Of a stretch of DNA of 32,000 nt, positions 19,171 through 29,851 are shown one piece after another (positions within the stretch are counted from its first letter, which is position 1; the number at the start of each line of letters is the position of its first letter). Source of the DNA: Candidatus Saccharimonadota bacterium (GTDB taxonomy: Bacteria > Pseudomonadota > Gammaproteobacteria > Enterobacterales > Enterobacteriaceae); assembly GCA_041941795.1 (NCBI GenBank), contig CP145872.1, positions 30,001 to 62,000 on the forward strand. The letters run 5' to 3'. The notes under the pieces were generated by a model. The model made no database searches and had not been told where the DNA came from. It saw nothing but the letters and a program-made list of their open reading frames with translations. Both the position numbers and the translations under genes were made by a program.

Positions 19171-21110
19171 ACTCTCTCCCTCCTTTCTACTGAATGAATC
19201 TGTCGATTACGAATTTCAAACAGCAGTTTCTCTAGCATATTATTGACCGTCATGTTACCAATTTTGCCCGATCTAGTACGAAGAGCAATTTCTCCTGTTT
19301 GCATTTCCTTATCACCACATATCAAAAGATAAGGAACTCGACGTAACGTGTGTTCGCGTATTTTAACCCCCACCTTTTCATTTCTCAAGTCTGTTTGGAT
19401 TCTTATCCCCGCTTGTTTAAATACATGAGCTAATTTTTTTACATAATTTGACTGATTGGCGCTAATATTCATCACTATACCTTGTACCGGTGCTAACCAC
19501 AATGGAAATTCACCAGCATATTCTTCGGTAAGAATACCTATAAATCTCTCTAAGGAACCCAAAATAGCTCGGTGAATCATCACCGGTATCTTACGTTCAT
19601 TATGCTCATCTACATAGAAAGCATTTAAACGTTCAGGTAAGAAAAAATCCAGTTGAACTGTACCACATTGCCATGGACGATCTAAGCAATCATACAGTAC
19701 AAAATCTATTTTAGGTCCGTAAAAAGCTCCATCTCCATATTGATATTTAAAGTTAATATTTTTATTTTTCAGAGCTGTTGCTAAATCTTCTTCTGCTTGA
19801 TCCCAAAGACTTTCGTTCCCAATGCGTTTATCCGGTCGGGTAGAAAGTTTGACAAATATTTTTTTGAATCCAAAAGTTTTATACACTTCATATATCATTT
19901 TTATACAACTCATAATTTCCGCATAAATTTGATCTTTTCGACAAAAAATATGTGCGTCGTCTTGAGTAAAGCTTCGTACTCGCATTAATCCATGAAGAGA
20001 TCCAGATGGCTCATGTCGATGACAGCTGCCAAATTCTGCTAGACGAAGTGGTAAATTACGATAAGATTTCAATTGTTGATTATATATTTGGACATGTCCT
20101 GGACAATTCATGGGTTTAATGCAATATTCACGATTTTCTGAGAAAGTTGTAAACATTTCTTCTTGATAGTTATTCCAGTGTCCCGTTTTCTCCCATAAGC
20201 TACGATCGATCATAAGAGGACTGTTTATTTCTTGATATTCATACTCTGTTAGCTTCATCCGAAGAAATAATTGCAGTTCTCGAAAAATAATCCAGCCATT
20301 ATTATGCCAAAATACCATTCCAGGAGCTTCTTTCTGGAGATGATATAAATCTAACTGTTGATTGATTTTTCGATGGTCTCGTTTTGCTATTTCTGCTAGA
20401 CCTTGTAAATATCCTCTAAGTTGATTTTTATCCGCCCATGCCGTTCCATAAATACGTTGGAGCATTTTATTTTTACTATTTCCTCGCCAGTAGGCGCCAG
20501 AAATTTTCTGTAATGCAAAATGATGGCAAAAACGAATATTTGGTACCTGGGGTTTTGACAGACACATATCAATGTACTCTTCATGGTAATATAATCCAGG
20601 TAAAGCACTTCTACTAATATCTTCGTCAAGAAGAGCTATTTTATAGCTTTCATTTCTAGACGAAAAAATATTGCGCGCTTCCTGCCAACTAACTGTTTTC
20701 TTAATTACATCATAATTTTTTTTCGCTAATTCATGCATGCGATTCTCTACTAATTTTAGGTCGGTAAGAGATATAGAAAAATCTAGATCGACATCATAAT
20801 AAAATCCATTTTCGATCCCTGTTCCAAGAGCCATTTTTGCAGCGGGCCACAGTTGTTTTATAGCATGTCCTAACAAGTGTGCGCATGAATTGCGGATAAT
20901 ATTTAGACCTCTTTCATCCTGGATGGTAATAATCTTGACTGACGAATTTTCGGTAACAGTATCGGCGAGTTCTTTTAATTTTCCATTTACTTCCCCTGCA
21001 ATACAGTGTGCGAATTCAGATCCCATGATGAGGGTAGCAATTTCCCTCATGCTTACAGCATCAGGAAATTTATACTGAATCTTATTAGGAAGGAGAATAA
21101 TAGAAATCAT
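19161..21110 (-). CDS. thrS: threonyl-tRNA synthetase
   Basis: 649 aa. TGS, editing, class II catalytic ([27 protein letters not shown]) and anticodon-binding domains are co-linear with E. coli ThrRS. The last 10 nt overlap the infC start. Confidence 0.97.
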   Translation of the reverse strand: MISIILLPNKIQYKFPDAVSMREIATLIMGSEFAHCIAGEVNGKLKELADTVTENSSVKIITIQDERGLNIIRNSCAHLLGHAIKQLWPAAKMALGTGIENGFYYDVDLDFSISLTDLKLVENRMHELAKKNYDVIKKTVSWQEARNIFSSRNESYKIALLDEDISRSALPGLYYHEEYIDMCLSKPQVPNIRFCHHFALQKISGAYWRGNSKNKMLQRIYGTAWADKNQLRGYLQGLAEIAKRDHRKINQQLDLYHLQKEAPGMVFWHNNGWIIFRELQLFLRMKLTEYEYQEINSPLMIDRSLWEKTGHWNNYQEEMFTTFSENREYCIKPMNCPGHVQIYNQQLKSYRNLPLRLAEFGSCHRHEPSGSLHGLMRVRSFTQDDAHIFCRKDQIYAEIMSCIKMIYEVYKTFGFKKIFVKLSTRPDKRIGNESLWDQAEEDLATALKNKNINFKYQYGDGAFYGPKIDFVLYDCLDRPWQCGTVQLDFFLPERLNAFYVDEHNERKIPVMIHRAILGSLERFIGILTEEYAGEFPLWLAPVQGIVMNISANQSNYVKKLAHVFKQAGIRIQTDLRNEKVGVKIREHTLRRVPYLLICGDKEMQTGEIALRTRSGKIGNMTVNNMLEKLLFEIRNRQIHSVERRERVLK

Positions 21111-21277
21111 TATGAATCCTTGGTTGCAAGTAATACTGCCTCTTCATCATATCAGAGTAAAATCACTAGAATAATATCACGGCAAGTAAAGTGATATATT
21201 TTTATATATAAATATAATTATACGTTTATTATATATAAACCAACATATTTCAAGCAACTTATTTCAGAGTATTTTCT

Positions 21278-21871
21278 ATGACTGCCCAAGGGCATGCTAT
21301 TTTTGCAATAGCTCTGGCGATTATTTCTAAACGAGCTCACTTAACACCTATTCTTACTCACGGTGATTGGTGGCATATTATTTCGTCCGCAATCTTAACT
21401 TCATTATTACCAGATATAGACCACCCTAGATCTCTATTAGGACAACATTTGAAATGGTTATCTGCTTCTATGAGAGTAATTTTTGGCCATCGCGGTTTTA
21501 CTCACAGTATACTAGCGCTAGCTGCAGCAGTAAAACTTTTTAACCTAACTCTTTTATTATCTCGAGTTATTATTCCTGACGATGTGAGGCATGGAATGAT
21601 AATAGGATACATAAGTCATCTAATAGCTGATTCTCTTACTCCGGCTGGAATTCCTTGGCTTTGGCCATTACGATGGAAATTACGTTTTCCAATTATCTTA
21701 AATCTGCACCAAAACAAGTATATTTCTGAACGCTTATTTGGTTTAAACCTAATAGTCATATCTATCCTAATGCCCTCATATTATTTAATTGCCTTATCAC
21801 GACACATAAAAATTATTCCTATCCATATATTACAGGTAGTTCTCCATTTTTTTCAAAAATATATAAATTAA
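21278..21871 (+). CDS. ydjM: membrane-bound metal-dependent hydrolase, YdjM family (DUF457)
   Basis: 197 aa. MTAQGHAIFA..GDWWHI...LLPDIDHPRS..LG....FGHRGFTHS...ISHLIADSLTPAGIPWLWP matches the YdjM pattern as I recall it. Confidence 0.75.
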   Translation: MTAQGHAIFAIALAIISKRAHLTPILTHGDWWHIISSAILTSLLPDIDHPRSLLGQHLKWLSASMRVIFGHRGFTHSILALAAAVKLFNLTLLLSRVIIPDDVRHGMIIGYISHLIADSLTPAGIPWLWPLRWKLRFPIILNLHQNKYISERLFGLNLIVISILMPSYYLIALSRHIKIIPIHILQVVLHFFQKYIN

Positions 21872-22007
21872 GAGAAACACGAAATCATATTACTCACTCA
21901 CAATTATTTTATCCAAAGCCACTAATAAATTAAGATAATAGGGTATAATCTCACTGGAGAAAGCAAGGAACTAAAACCCAGTGGTATTTTCAGGGGAGAA
22001 AGAAAGA

Positions 22008-22979
22008 ATGAATTCTTTCCATAATATTCACGATCTAGTACGATGGACAAAAAATTATTTGACCAGTAAAAATATATATTATGGTCATGGCACAGACAAT
22101 GCTTTTGATGAAGCAGTTCAAATTGTCCTCCCAACCCTAGGAATTACTTCATCTCATGAAGATGATATTTATTATGCTCCAGTCAATATCATAGAATGTC
22201 AAAAAGTAGTTAAACAAGTGATGCGTCGTGTGGAAGAACGCATCCCAGTGGCTTACCTTACTAATAAAGCGTGGTTTTGCGGTTATGAATTTTATATTGA
22301 CGAACGAGTATTAATCCCCCGATCTCCGATCGGGGAACTAATTTCAAATTTTTATACATGGATCGGGGAAGAACCTAAATATATTCTTGATATGTGTACC
22401 GGAAGCGGTTGTATAGCTATAGCATGTAGCTACGCTTTTCCAGAGGCCTTAATAGATGCTGTTGATATTTCAGCAGCTGCTTTAGCTGTCACTAAACATA
22501 ATATTGTTTTCCATGGAGTTCAGGAGAGGGTAACACCTATCCTTTCCGATCTCTTTAATGAGATAAATTCCCAAAAATACGATATTATTCTTGCAAATCC
22601 TCCTTATGTCAAAGCTGATGATATAATCTCTTTACCTCCGGAATATCAATTTGAACCTGTTATAGGATTATCTCCCCCCGGCAAAGATGGACTTGATATA
22701 ATTCGTCGTCTTTTATTATCGTCCTCAGATTATCTTACTCACAAAGGTATCCTCATTTGCGAAGTGGGATACCAACAATCCTCTTTAACACAACAATATC
22801 CTAAAATTCCCTTTATTTGGTTAGAGTTTAATCATGGCGGAAAAGGGGTATTTATGTTGAACAAATCACAATTAATGGTCTCTAAAAAATATCTGATGCC
22901 TGGAGAAGCAGAACCCCCAAAAGGGGATCAAAAATTTCTCTCTCATTCAAATATTTTACCCCACTTAGGGTCAAATTAG
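22008..22979 (+). CDS. prmB: ribosomal protein uL3 glutamine N5-methyltransferase PrmB
   Basis: YGHGTDNAFDEAVQIVLP, IPVAYLTNKAWFCGYEFYIDERVLIPRSPIGEL, the SAM motif LDMCTGSGCIAIA and NPPY. I prefer ATG 22008 (GGGGAGA upstream) to the ORF-track GTG at 21981. The C-terminus is about 20 aa longer than E. coli PrmB. Confidence 0.92.
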   Translation: MNSFHNIHDLVRWTKNYLTSKNIYYGHGTDNAFDEAVQIVLPTLGITSSHEDDIYYAPVNIIECQKVVKQVMRRVEERIPVAYLTNKAWFCGYEFYIDERVLIPRSPIGELISNFYTWIGEEPKYILDMCTGSGCIAIACSYAFPEALIDAVDISAAALAVTKHNIVFHGVQERVTPILSDLFNEINSQKYDIILANPPYVKADDIISLPPEYQFEPVIGLSPPGKDGLDIIRRLLLSSSDYLTHKGILICEVGYQQSSLTQQYPKIPFIWLEFNHGGKGVFMLNKSQLMVSKKYLMPGEAEPPKGDQKFLSHSNILPHLGSN

Positions 22980-22992
22980 GTAAGGAGTTATA

Positions 22993-24051
22993 ATGTCTGG
23001 AAATAGTATTGGACAAAATTTTAGAGTCACTACATATGGCGAGTCACATGGTCAGGCTTTAGGGTGTATTATAGATGGAGTGCCTCCTGGTCTCAAGTTA
23101 ACGAAAGAATACATTCAAGGCGAACTCGATCGTCGACGTCCAGGAATATCGCGGTATACCTCTCAACGTAAAGAGTTAGATCAGATAAATATTCTCTCCG
23201 GCGTTTTCAACGGCATTACTACGGGAACTAGTATGGGCCTGTTGATAAAGAATAATGATTGCCGCTCTCAAGATTATAGTTCTATTAAAGATCTGTTTAG
23301 ACCAGGACATGCAGATTTTACCTATGAAAAAAAATATGGAATACGAGATTATCGCGGAGGAGGTAGAGCTTCGGCTCGGGAGACCGCTATGCGAGTAGCT
23401 GCGGGATCAGTAGCTAAAAAATATCTTGACAATACATATGGGGTCAAAATACGGGCCTTTTTAGCCCAAATGGGAGATATTGTATGTACATTCCAAGATT
23501 GGAACCTGGTAAACAAAAATGATTTTTACTGCCCCAATATTGAAAATATTGACGCATTAGATCAATTAATCCGTTTGTTAAAACGAGAAGGTGACTCTAT
23601 TGGGGCTCAAGTAACCGTAGTAGGCGAAAATATTCCGGTAGGATTAGGCGAACCCGTATTTGATCGTCTGGATGCAGATTTAGCACATGCATTGATGAGC
23701 ATCAACGCTGTTAAGGGAGTAGAAATCGGATCTGGTTTCTCAGTTATTACTCAACGAGGTAGTGAACATCGCGATGAGATGGATGCTAGGGGTTTTAAGA
23801 GTAATAATTCAGGAGGAATACTAGGGGGAATCAGCAATGGACAGCCTATAGTAGCTCATTTAGCTCTGAAGCCCACTTCTAGCGTTACTATTCCCGGACG
23901 CACTATTAATCGTTGTGGCAATGAAGTGGAGATAGTCACTCGGGGACGTCATGACCCTTGTGTAGGAATTCGCGCCGTCCCAATTGCCGAAGCAATGATG
24001 GCCATTGTAATAATGGATCATTGCCTTCGCCATAGAGCTCAGTGTTCGTAG
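22993..24051 (+). CDS. aroC: chorismate synthase
   Basis: 352 aa. [39 protein letters not shown] and [18 protein letters not shown]. Follows prmB, as in E. coli. Confidence 0.97.
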   Translation: MSGNSIGQNFRVTTYGESHGQALGCIIDGVPPGLKLTKEYIQGELDRRRPGISRYTSQRKELDQINILSGVFNGITTGTSMGLLIKNNDCRSQDYSSIKDLFRPGHADFTYEKKYGIRDYRGGGRASARETAMRVAAGSVAKKYLDNTYGVKIRAFLAQMGDIVCTFQDWNLVNKNDFYCPNIENIDALDQLIRLLKREGDSIGAQVTVVGENIPVGLGEPVFDRLDADLAHALMSINAVKGVEIGSGFSVITQRGSEHRDEMDARGFKSNNSGGILGGISNGQPIVAHLALKPTSSVTIPGRTINRCGNEVEIVTRGRHDPCVGIRAVPIAEAMMAIVIMDHCLRHRAQCS

Positions 24052-24167
24052 TAATCGACATTTTAATTTTAAATTTTTGTAAATGATAACTCACACATTT
24101 TCATCTATTCTACCTTTATTCTTCAGTACTCTGTAAAAAACCAGAATTAACTATCAGAGATAAAAGT

Positions 24168-25091
24168 ATGAAAATCAATACTCGTAAAACAATTAAAATA
24201 ATATGCTTATTTATGAGTGTAGCCTTAATATGGGGTAGTACTTGGATGGCTATGAAACTAGCCGTGCAAACCGTTCCACCCCTGTTTGCTACTGGACTCC
24301 GATTTTTATGTGCCTCTCCTTTGTTACTTTGGATCTCGTGGAGAAATGGCCAACCACTTCTATTGCCTTCAACCAATAGGAATTTCCAATATGTGATTGG
24401 TCTGTGCTATTTCATCATTCCATTTACACTAATGTTTTATGGACAGCAATATACCAGTGCAAGCGTAGCGTCAATTATTTTTGCCACTATGCCTGCAGCA
24501 GTGTTAATAGCTTCTATTGTAATCTTACAAAATAAAACTAGCTGTCAACAAATCTGCGGTCTCTTAATGAGTATTTTTTGTTTGACCGAAATTTTGTGGC
24601 AAGAAAATCATAACAGCGTTAAAAATAGTGTTAAAGGAATTATTTCCTTGATAATTGCAGTTATCATGCATGCAGTTATGTATGTGCTCTTTAAGAAACG
24701 AGGAGGAGGTGCACAACCTATTCCTATTCTCACTTATAATACCTTGCCATGTTTATCATCTGGAATTTTGCTAACATTAATAGGTTTATATATAGAACAA
24801 CCAGTCGTCTCTAACATATCCTTATCGTCCTCTTTGTCTCTTTTATACTTAGGAATAGCCTCGAATGGTTTTGGCATGCTCTGTTATTTTTCTTTACAAC
24901 AGTTAACCCGACCTTTTCAAGCTTCATTAGTATTCCTGATTTTTCCTCTGGTCTCTATTATCCTGGAAAGTATCTGGACGGGTTTAAGTATCAATTGCAA
25001 AACTGTATTGTTATTGGTTCCTTTAACAGCAGGGATATTTATGACCTTATCTTATTCTAATCACCGAAGTGATCAAAAATCTTCTTCGTGA
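24168..25091 (+). CDS. DMT-superfamily (EamA, 10-TM) transporter, YedA-like
   Basis: 307 aa with two EamA halves. IWGSTWMAMKLAVQTVPPLFATGLRFL resembles E. coli YedA IWGSTYFVIRIGVESWPPLMMAGVRFL. Substrate is unknown. Confidence 0.8.
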   Translation: MKINTRKTIKIICLFMSVALIWGSTWMAMKLAVQTVPPLFATGLRFLCASPLLLWISWRNGQPLLLPSTNRNFQYVIGLCYFIIPFTLMFYGQQYTSASVASIIFATMPAAVLIASIVILQNKTSCQQICGLLMSIFCLTEILWQENHNSVKNSVKGIISLIIAVIMHAVMYVLFKKRGGGAQPIPILTYNTLPCLSSGILLTLIGLYIEQPVVSNISLSSSLSLLYLGIASNGFGMLCYFSLQQLTRPFQASLVFLIFPLVSIILESIWTGLSINCKTVLLLVPLTAGIFMTLSYSNHRSDQKSSS

Positions 25092-25106
25092 GATAAAATT
25101 TTTCTC

Positions 25107-26984
25107 TTATTTCTGGACGTTAATAATTCCTTCCCCATAACGAATATGACTATTTTGACGTAAATTCTCTAATAATGCTGTTAGAATAGCCTCGAAGTGA
25201 ACATTTCTAATAATGGTATCTATGGCCACTTTTTGTTCTTTAGAGGGTCTTATCTGGCGAATTTTATCCAGAGCTATTATCATTACATTACCTTGTCTAT
25301 CTTTACCAAGTCCATAAGAAACATGATTTTTTTTCGGCGGCTCAATACTAAAAACAGCTGGTGTTATACTTTCGGGGCAATGTCTGGTTATCCAACGAGA
25401 TTGGGTAAATTTTAAATTTAATTTTCTTTCTGATCTTCCGGCATTAAGTGCCGATAACAATTTTTCGGCTTCTGCTTGGTTTTGCTGCTCAATTTTGTGT
25501 CTTGTAATATACAGAGTAATGCTATTATGTACCTTTGTCAGGGGAAGCAAAAAAGCGGGTCTATATTGTCTGAGACGAATAAAATAATCACCGTGATCAG
25601 TACTAATAAAGTGTTTATTCTTACCTAGATAGTCACTCTGAAAAAGAGTCTGAACAATAATAGGATTAAAAGGAAAAGATTTCGGAATATTATTCCAACT
25701 AAACCATCCGGTGTCTACCGATTTTATTCCCGTAATCTTTTCTATCTGATTCAGAGATGACTGCTGATCAATAGCTTGCCTAATTTTTGCTTTAAGAATT
25801 AAAGACTTCTCGAAAAGATGTTTTTGCTGTAATTGATTAGCAATAACAGAGCGCACTTTATTAAAAGGTATAATTTTCCCCGGTCTGATATCCTCGAGTC
25901 GTACAATTAAATAACCCACTGAAGTTTTTATTATTTCTGAAATCTGTCCTATTTGTTGCAAGTGGGCATTTTTTAGTTCCACTGGGGTGTATTCTGATTT
26001 CATCCATGGAAACTCTCCTCCTCTATGTGCGGAAATGGGATCCACAGAAAAATCTGTGGCCAGCGCAATAAAATCTGCGCCCGATTTTAATTTCTTTAAA
26101 ATCATTTGAGCTGATTTTTCACTATTCAATTGAATAACGCGATATTTATATTGGGACGATTGCCGATAATCCTGTTGGTGTAAATCATACCAATGTTGGA
26201 CTTCGCTATCTTTAATGGGTGGCAAGTCAGATATATTGATTTTTGAGTATCCAGCGAGTGGGATATAATCGACCCTAAACAATTCTGGAGCAATGAACCT
26301 CCTAATATTTTGATAATAGTAATTTCGTATTTGACTATTACTGACCGATAATTTCATCTTTGCCATCTTATTAACTACTGCGGTACGGATCTCGCGCTGC
26401 TGAGTCACAAGTAATGTTAAGACATTTTTATCCTTATCACTGGGCAAAATAAACTCTGAATCTCTTATCCCCGATAGTAATTGGTTAAGAATTAATTGGT
26501 GACGCATTGTTTCAGCGTATTGCCTACTAGTTAATCCTATTACATTGAGGTAATTATTATACTTGATTATATCAAAATGCCCGTTTACTTGGAAATCTAA
26601 CTGACTAGAAATGACTTGTCTAATTTGTTCATCACTTATATTCATGCCTAAATTATGTGCATACTGTTGAAGTAACCACTCATCTCTGAGCTGAGATAAC
26701 ACTTTTATTCGTAGTTGCTGTATATAATGTGCATCTCTTGCTAACTCAGGGTACCGATTTCCTAATAATTGTTGTTGTTGATTTTGTGCCCAGGCCACAG
26801 AGTTTTCAAATTGAAAGCGGGTTATTTTATGACCATTGATTATGAGTGCATAATCATTATTAAGTCCAAGATACATATAATTGCCCATTCCGGTTATTAA
26901 CAGCACCGCAATTATCATTCCTAACATTACTTTCTGCGAGCACTTCTTTTTTTTTGAAGTATCACGTAAGAATTTTATCATCAT
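25107..26984 (-). CDS. ppiD: periplasmic chaperone / parvulin-type PPIase PpiD
   Basis: Start at the ATG-ATG pair 26984 (MMIKFLRDTSKK, then a TM helix) gives 625 aa versus 623 aa in E. coli. Co-linear blocks include RFQFENS, FRVDYI and SVGYLIVRLEDIRPGK. The ORF-track start at 27071 adds 29 unconserved codons. Confidence 0.92.
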   Translation of the reverse strand: MMIKFLRDTSKKKKCSQKVMLGMIIAVLLITGMGNYMYLGLNNDYALIINGHKITRFQFENSVAWAQNQQQQLLGNRYPELARDAHYIQQLRIKVLSQLRDEWLLQQYAHNLGMNISDEQIRQVISSQLDFQVNGHFDIIKYNNYLNVIGLTSRQYAETMRHQLILNQLLSGIRDSEFILPSDKDKNVLTLLVTQQREIRTAVVNKMAKMKLSVSNSQIRNYYYQNIRRFIAPELFRVDYIPLAGYSKINISDLPPIKDSEVQHWYDLHQQDYRQSSQYKYRVIQLNSEKSAQMILKKLKSGADFIALATDFSVDPISAHRGGEFPWMKSEYTPVELKNAHLQQIGQISEIIKTSVGYLIVRLEDIRPGKIIPFNKVRSVIANQLQQKHLFEKSLILKAKIRQAIDQQSSLNQIEKITGIKSVDTGWFSWNNIPKSFPFNPIIVQTLFQSDYLGKNKHFISTDHGDYFIRLRQYRPAFLLPLTKVHNSITLYITRHKIEQQNQAEAEKLLSALNAGRSERKLNLKFTQSRWITRHCPESITPAVFSIEPPKKNHVSYGLGKDRQGNVMIIALDKIRQIRPSKEQKVAIDTIIRNVHFEAILTALLENLRQNSHIRYGEGIINVQK

Positions 26985-27136
26985 AGTGGGTTTACTCACT
27001 GTTAAAATTGGTAATGATCTGAGAGTTAGAATAATAGCGTGGTGATAATTTAATGGAATGGTCCAAATCATTCTTCTGCAATAATATTTTTAGAAACGTT
27101 TTAATCCGGAACCTACCTCATCACATCAGGTATACT

Positions 27137-27275
27137 TATGTCAGGATTTTTGTCTGCCATCTCTCTAGTTGTTGGTAAGCTATATTATTTCCTTTCTTGG
27201 CGGGGCACAAGTAGAAGTAGTCTCTATAATTAAGATCCATTATCCCTCGTCAAGACTATACACTCCGACCGACAT
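27137..27275 (-). pseudogene. hupB: hupB (HU-beta) pseudogene relic
   Basis: An AGAGGAG SD lies 8 nt before ATG 27275. The frame reads MSVGVYSLDEG*WILIIETTSTCAPPRKEII*. Compare HupB MNKSQLIDK..DAIIASVTESL..RNPQTGKEITI. A shifted frame ends RWQTKILT* (compare RAGKALKDAVN*). About half the gene length is missing. Confidence 0.4.
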
Positions 27276-27606
27276 AATCTAAACTCCTCTTTTTCTCAAG
27301 ATCACTTCAGCTTATCTCTCTTGAGATCTATATTCTTAAATGCTTAATTCTAACGTAGTAAAGTTTTGACTACGTTGTGCAAAAGATTTTGGACTATTTT
27401 CTTTCAATAGAATCCTCGTTATGCGGGAAAAAAATAGAGAATATCTACTCTTCCTGCTTATTATCCCTGGTTTACTTTGAAATTTTGACTCCTACTACTC
27501 GTGGTTCTCGGATCTAGAGCTGCATCTTATTTCTGATCAGAGATAATTTTATCCTGCCTGCTTCATTGTTGACATCTCGTTACGCAAAACGTGATCATCT
27601 ATCTTT

Positions 27607-27860
27607 ATGAAGAGTCCAGGTCCAGATCACGGAGGGACTGTTTATGTTCCACGCCTCGCGGGAGGATGATAAGAATGAGAATTGTCACGTTCTTCAATCA
27701 ACTTTCGCTTCCTAAAATAAATAGCTCTCTTCGTTTATGTTGCCGATGAGGAGAAGTGAAAAAACCTATAATTTATTGCATGAATCCACACTCAGTTGAT
27801 GAGAATTCCATAAGAATGAAAAAAAACAATATAAATATTACCGGAATGAGAATGATCCAT
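27607..27860 (-). pseudogene. lon: lon protease pseudogene relic: N- and C-terminal scraps with about 2 kb deleted
   Basis: AAAGGAG precedes ATG 27860, giving MDHSHSGNIYIVFFHSYGILIN* (compare Lon RDVVVYPHMVIPLFVG). At 27748-27642, PHRQHKRRELF and the frameshifted AIYFRKRKLIEERDNSHSYHPPARRGT* compare with the Lon C-terminus AHRGGIKTVLIPFENKRDLEEIPDNVIADLDIHPVKRIEEV. The position, clpX-[lon]-[hupB]-ppiD, matches E. coli. Confidence 0.5.
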
Positions 27861-27911
27861 AAATAAAAGGAAAAAAATTTCTCCTTTCTTAAAAGATGTC
27901 CAATAGATATT

Positions 27912-29195
27912 CTATTCGCCGCATGCTTGCTGCGCTTTATGTTTATTACTATAGATCATAGTAGGTACTGTTTTACCTTCAATGACTGATTTCTCAATAA
28001 TTACTTTCACTACATCTGTCATTGATGGTAAATCATACATGATTTGGAGTAATACGTTTTCCACAATAGAACGTAATCCCCTGGCCCCCGTTTTTCGGAG
28101 CATTGCCTTCTGAGCAATAGAGGATAATGCTTCATTACTGAACTCTAATTCTATATTTTCTAAATTAAATAGCGCCTGATATTGCTTGATCAGTGCATTT
28201 TTTGGTTCTCTTAAAATTCTCAGAAGTGCTTCTTCATTGAGTTCTTTAAGTGTAGTAACTATGGGAAGACGACCAATAAACTCTGGAATCAGTCCAAATC
28301 TAATTAAGTCTGATGGTTCTACCTGCTCCAGTAATTTACTGATGGATGTTTTTTGTGAAGAACATTTGACAGCGGCTCCAAACCCAATTCCCGAACATTC
28401 TTCTACGCGGTGAGCAATTATTTTATCCAATCCTGCAAATGCCCCTCCACATATAAAAAGAATATTAGAAGTGTCTACTTGCAAAAAATCTTGGTGCGGA
28501 TGCTTGCGCCCTCCTTGGGGAGGCACTGCTGCTATAGTTCCTTCGATTAGTTTTAAGAGTGCTTGTTGGACTCCTTCCCCAGATACATCCCGAGTAATGG
28601 AAGGATTGTCAGATTTTCGTGAGATTTTATCTATCTCATCCAGATAGACAATTCCTCGCTGTGCTTTTTGAACATCGTAATCACATTTTTGCAATAATTT
28701 TTGAAGAATGTTCTCCACATCCTCTCCTACATATCCGGCTTCAGTCAAGGTAGTCACATCTGTAATAGTGAATGGCACATCCAATACTCGGGCCAGGGAT
28801 TCTGCTAACAGAGTTTTACCACTTCCAGTAGGACCAATTAAAAGAATATTACTTTTTCCCATTTCCAGACCATTCCCAATACCACTCAGCAAACGCTTAT
28901 AGTGATTGTATACCGCTACTGCCAGAACTTTTTTAGTATGTTCTTGTCCAATAACATAATCATCAAGATGATTACTAATTTGATGAGGAGTGGGCATTCC
29001 ACTAATGATCCCCATTTCATGTGGGTTGGCTACATCCTTTATTTCTTCACTAAGAATGTCGTCACATAATTCGACACATTCATCGCATATATATACGGAC
29101 GGACCGGCAATCATTTTCCGTACTTCATGCTGACTTTTTCCGCAAAAAGAGCAGTACAGCACTGTGCCTGAACTGTCTTTGCGATTATCTATCAT
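27912..29195 (-). CDS. clpX: ATP-dependent Clp protease ATP-binding subunit ClpX
   Basis: 427 aa. Zinc-binding [26 protein letters not shown], Walker A GPTGSGKT, Walker [10 protein letters not shown], and IGF-loop GIGFGA. Confidence 0.98.
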   Translation of the reverse strand: MIDNRKDSSGTVLYCSFCGKSQHEVRKMIAGPSVYICDECVELCDDILSEEIKDVANPHEMGIISGMPTPHQISNHLDDYVIGQEHTKKVLAVAVYNHYKRLLSGIGNGLEMGKSNILLIGPTGSGKTLLAESLARVLDVPFTITDVTTLTEAGYVGEDVENILQKLLQKCDYDVQKAQRGIVYLDEIDKISRKSDNPSITRDVSGEGVQQALLKLIEGTIAAVPPQGGRKHPHQDFLQVDTSNILFICGGAFAGLDKIIAHRVEECSGIGFGAAVKCSSQKTSISKLLEQVEPSDLIRFGLIPEFIGRLPIVTTLKELNEEALLRILREPKNALIKQYQALFNLENIELEFSNEALSSIAQKAMLRKTGARGLRSIVENVLLQIMYDLPSMTDVVKVIIEKSVIEGKTVPTMIYSNKHKAQQACGE

Positions 29196-29269
29196 GCGGT
29201 AACCTCTTTGTTGTTTTATTCTGACATTAGGATAATAACTATGATACCTCTAATATGAGAGAGAATCTA

Positions 29270-29851
29270 TTACTTCCTCTGAGTCAAGATTGAATCTACT
29301 AGTCCATAGGACACTGCTTCACTGGCCGATAAAAAATAATCACGTTCGGTATCTTTTTCTATTACTTCTATAGGTTGTAATGTATGTTCTGCTATTAACT
29401 GATTTATTCTATTTTTAATTTTTAAAATTTCTCGCGCATGTATTTCTATATCGCTTGCTTGTCCTTGATAAGCACCTAAAGGCTGATGAATCATAACTCG
29501 AGAATTAGGAAGACAAAGACGTTTACCTTTAGCTCCTGCCGTAAGGATAAACGCTCCCATAGAGGCAGCTAACCCTATACATATTGTACTCACATCCGGT
29601 TTAATGAACTGCATGGTGTCGTAAATCGACATGCCGGCAGTAATTACTCCTCCAGGAGAATTAATATACAAATATATATCTTGATCCGGATTATCGGCTT
29701 CCAAAAATAATAATTGGGCGACGATCAAATTAGCCATGTAGTCTTCTACATACCCTGTAAAAAAAATTATGCGCTCTTTAAGAAGACGTGAGTAAATGTC
29801 AAACGCTCGTTCACCACTAGCGTTATGTTCAATTACCATTGGTACTAACAT
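29270..29851 (-). CDS. clpP: ATP-dependent Clp protease proteolytic subunit ClpP (no N-terminal propeptide)
   Basis: 193 aa. Catalytic Ser in GLAASMGAF, and His in RVMIHQP. Begins [24 protein letters not shown], which corresponds to the mature E. coli N-terminus [24 protein letters not shown]. Confidence 0.97.
   Translation of the reverse strand: MLVPMVIEHNASGERAFDIYSRLLKERIIFFTGYVEDYMANLIVAQLLFLEADNPDQDIYLYINSPGGVITAGMSIYDTMQFIKPDVSTICIGLAASMGAFILTAGAKGKRLCLPNSRVMIHQPLGAYQGQASDIEIHAREILKIKNRINQLIAEHTLQPIEVIEKDTERDYFLSASEAVSYGLVDSILTQRK

Noticed and set aside
27481-27540. Minus-strand IREPRVVGVKISK, first considered as the HupB RNPQTGKEI arm
   Set aside because: A better, SD-anchored hupB candidate lies about 250 bp downstream (27275-27137). 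This stretch more likely corresponds to the old lon-hupB intergenic region or is a chance match.
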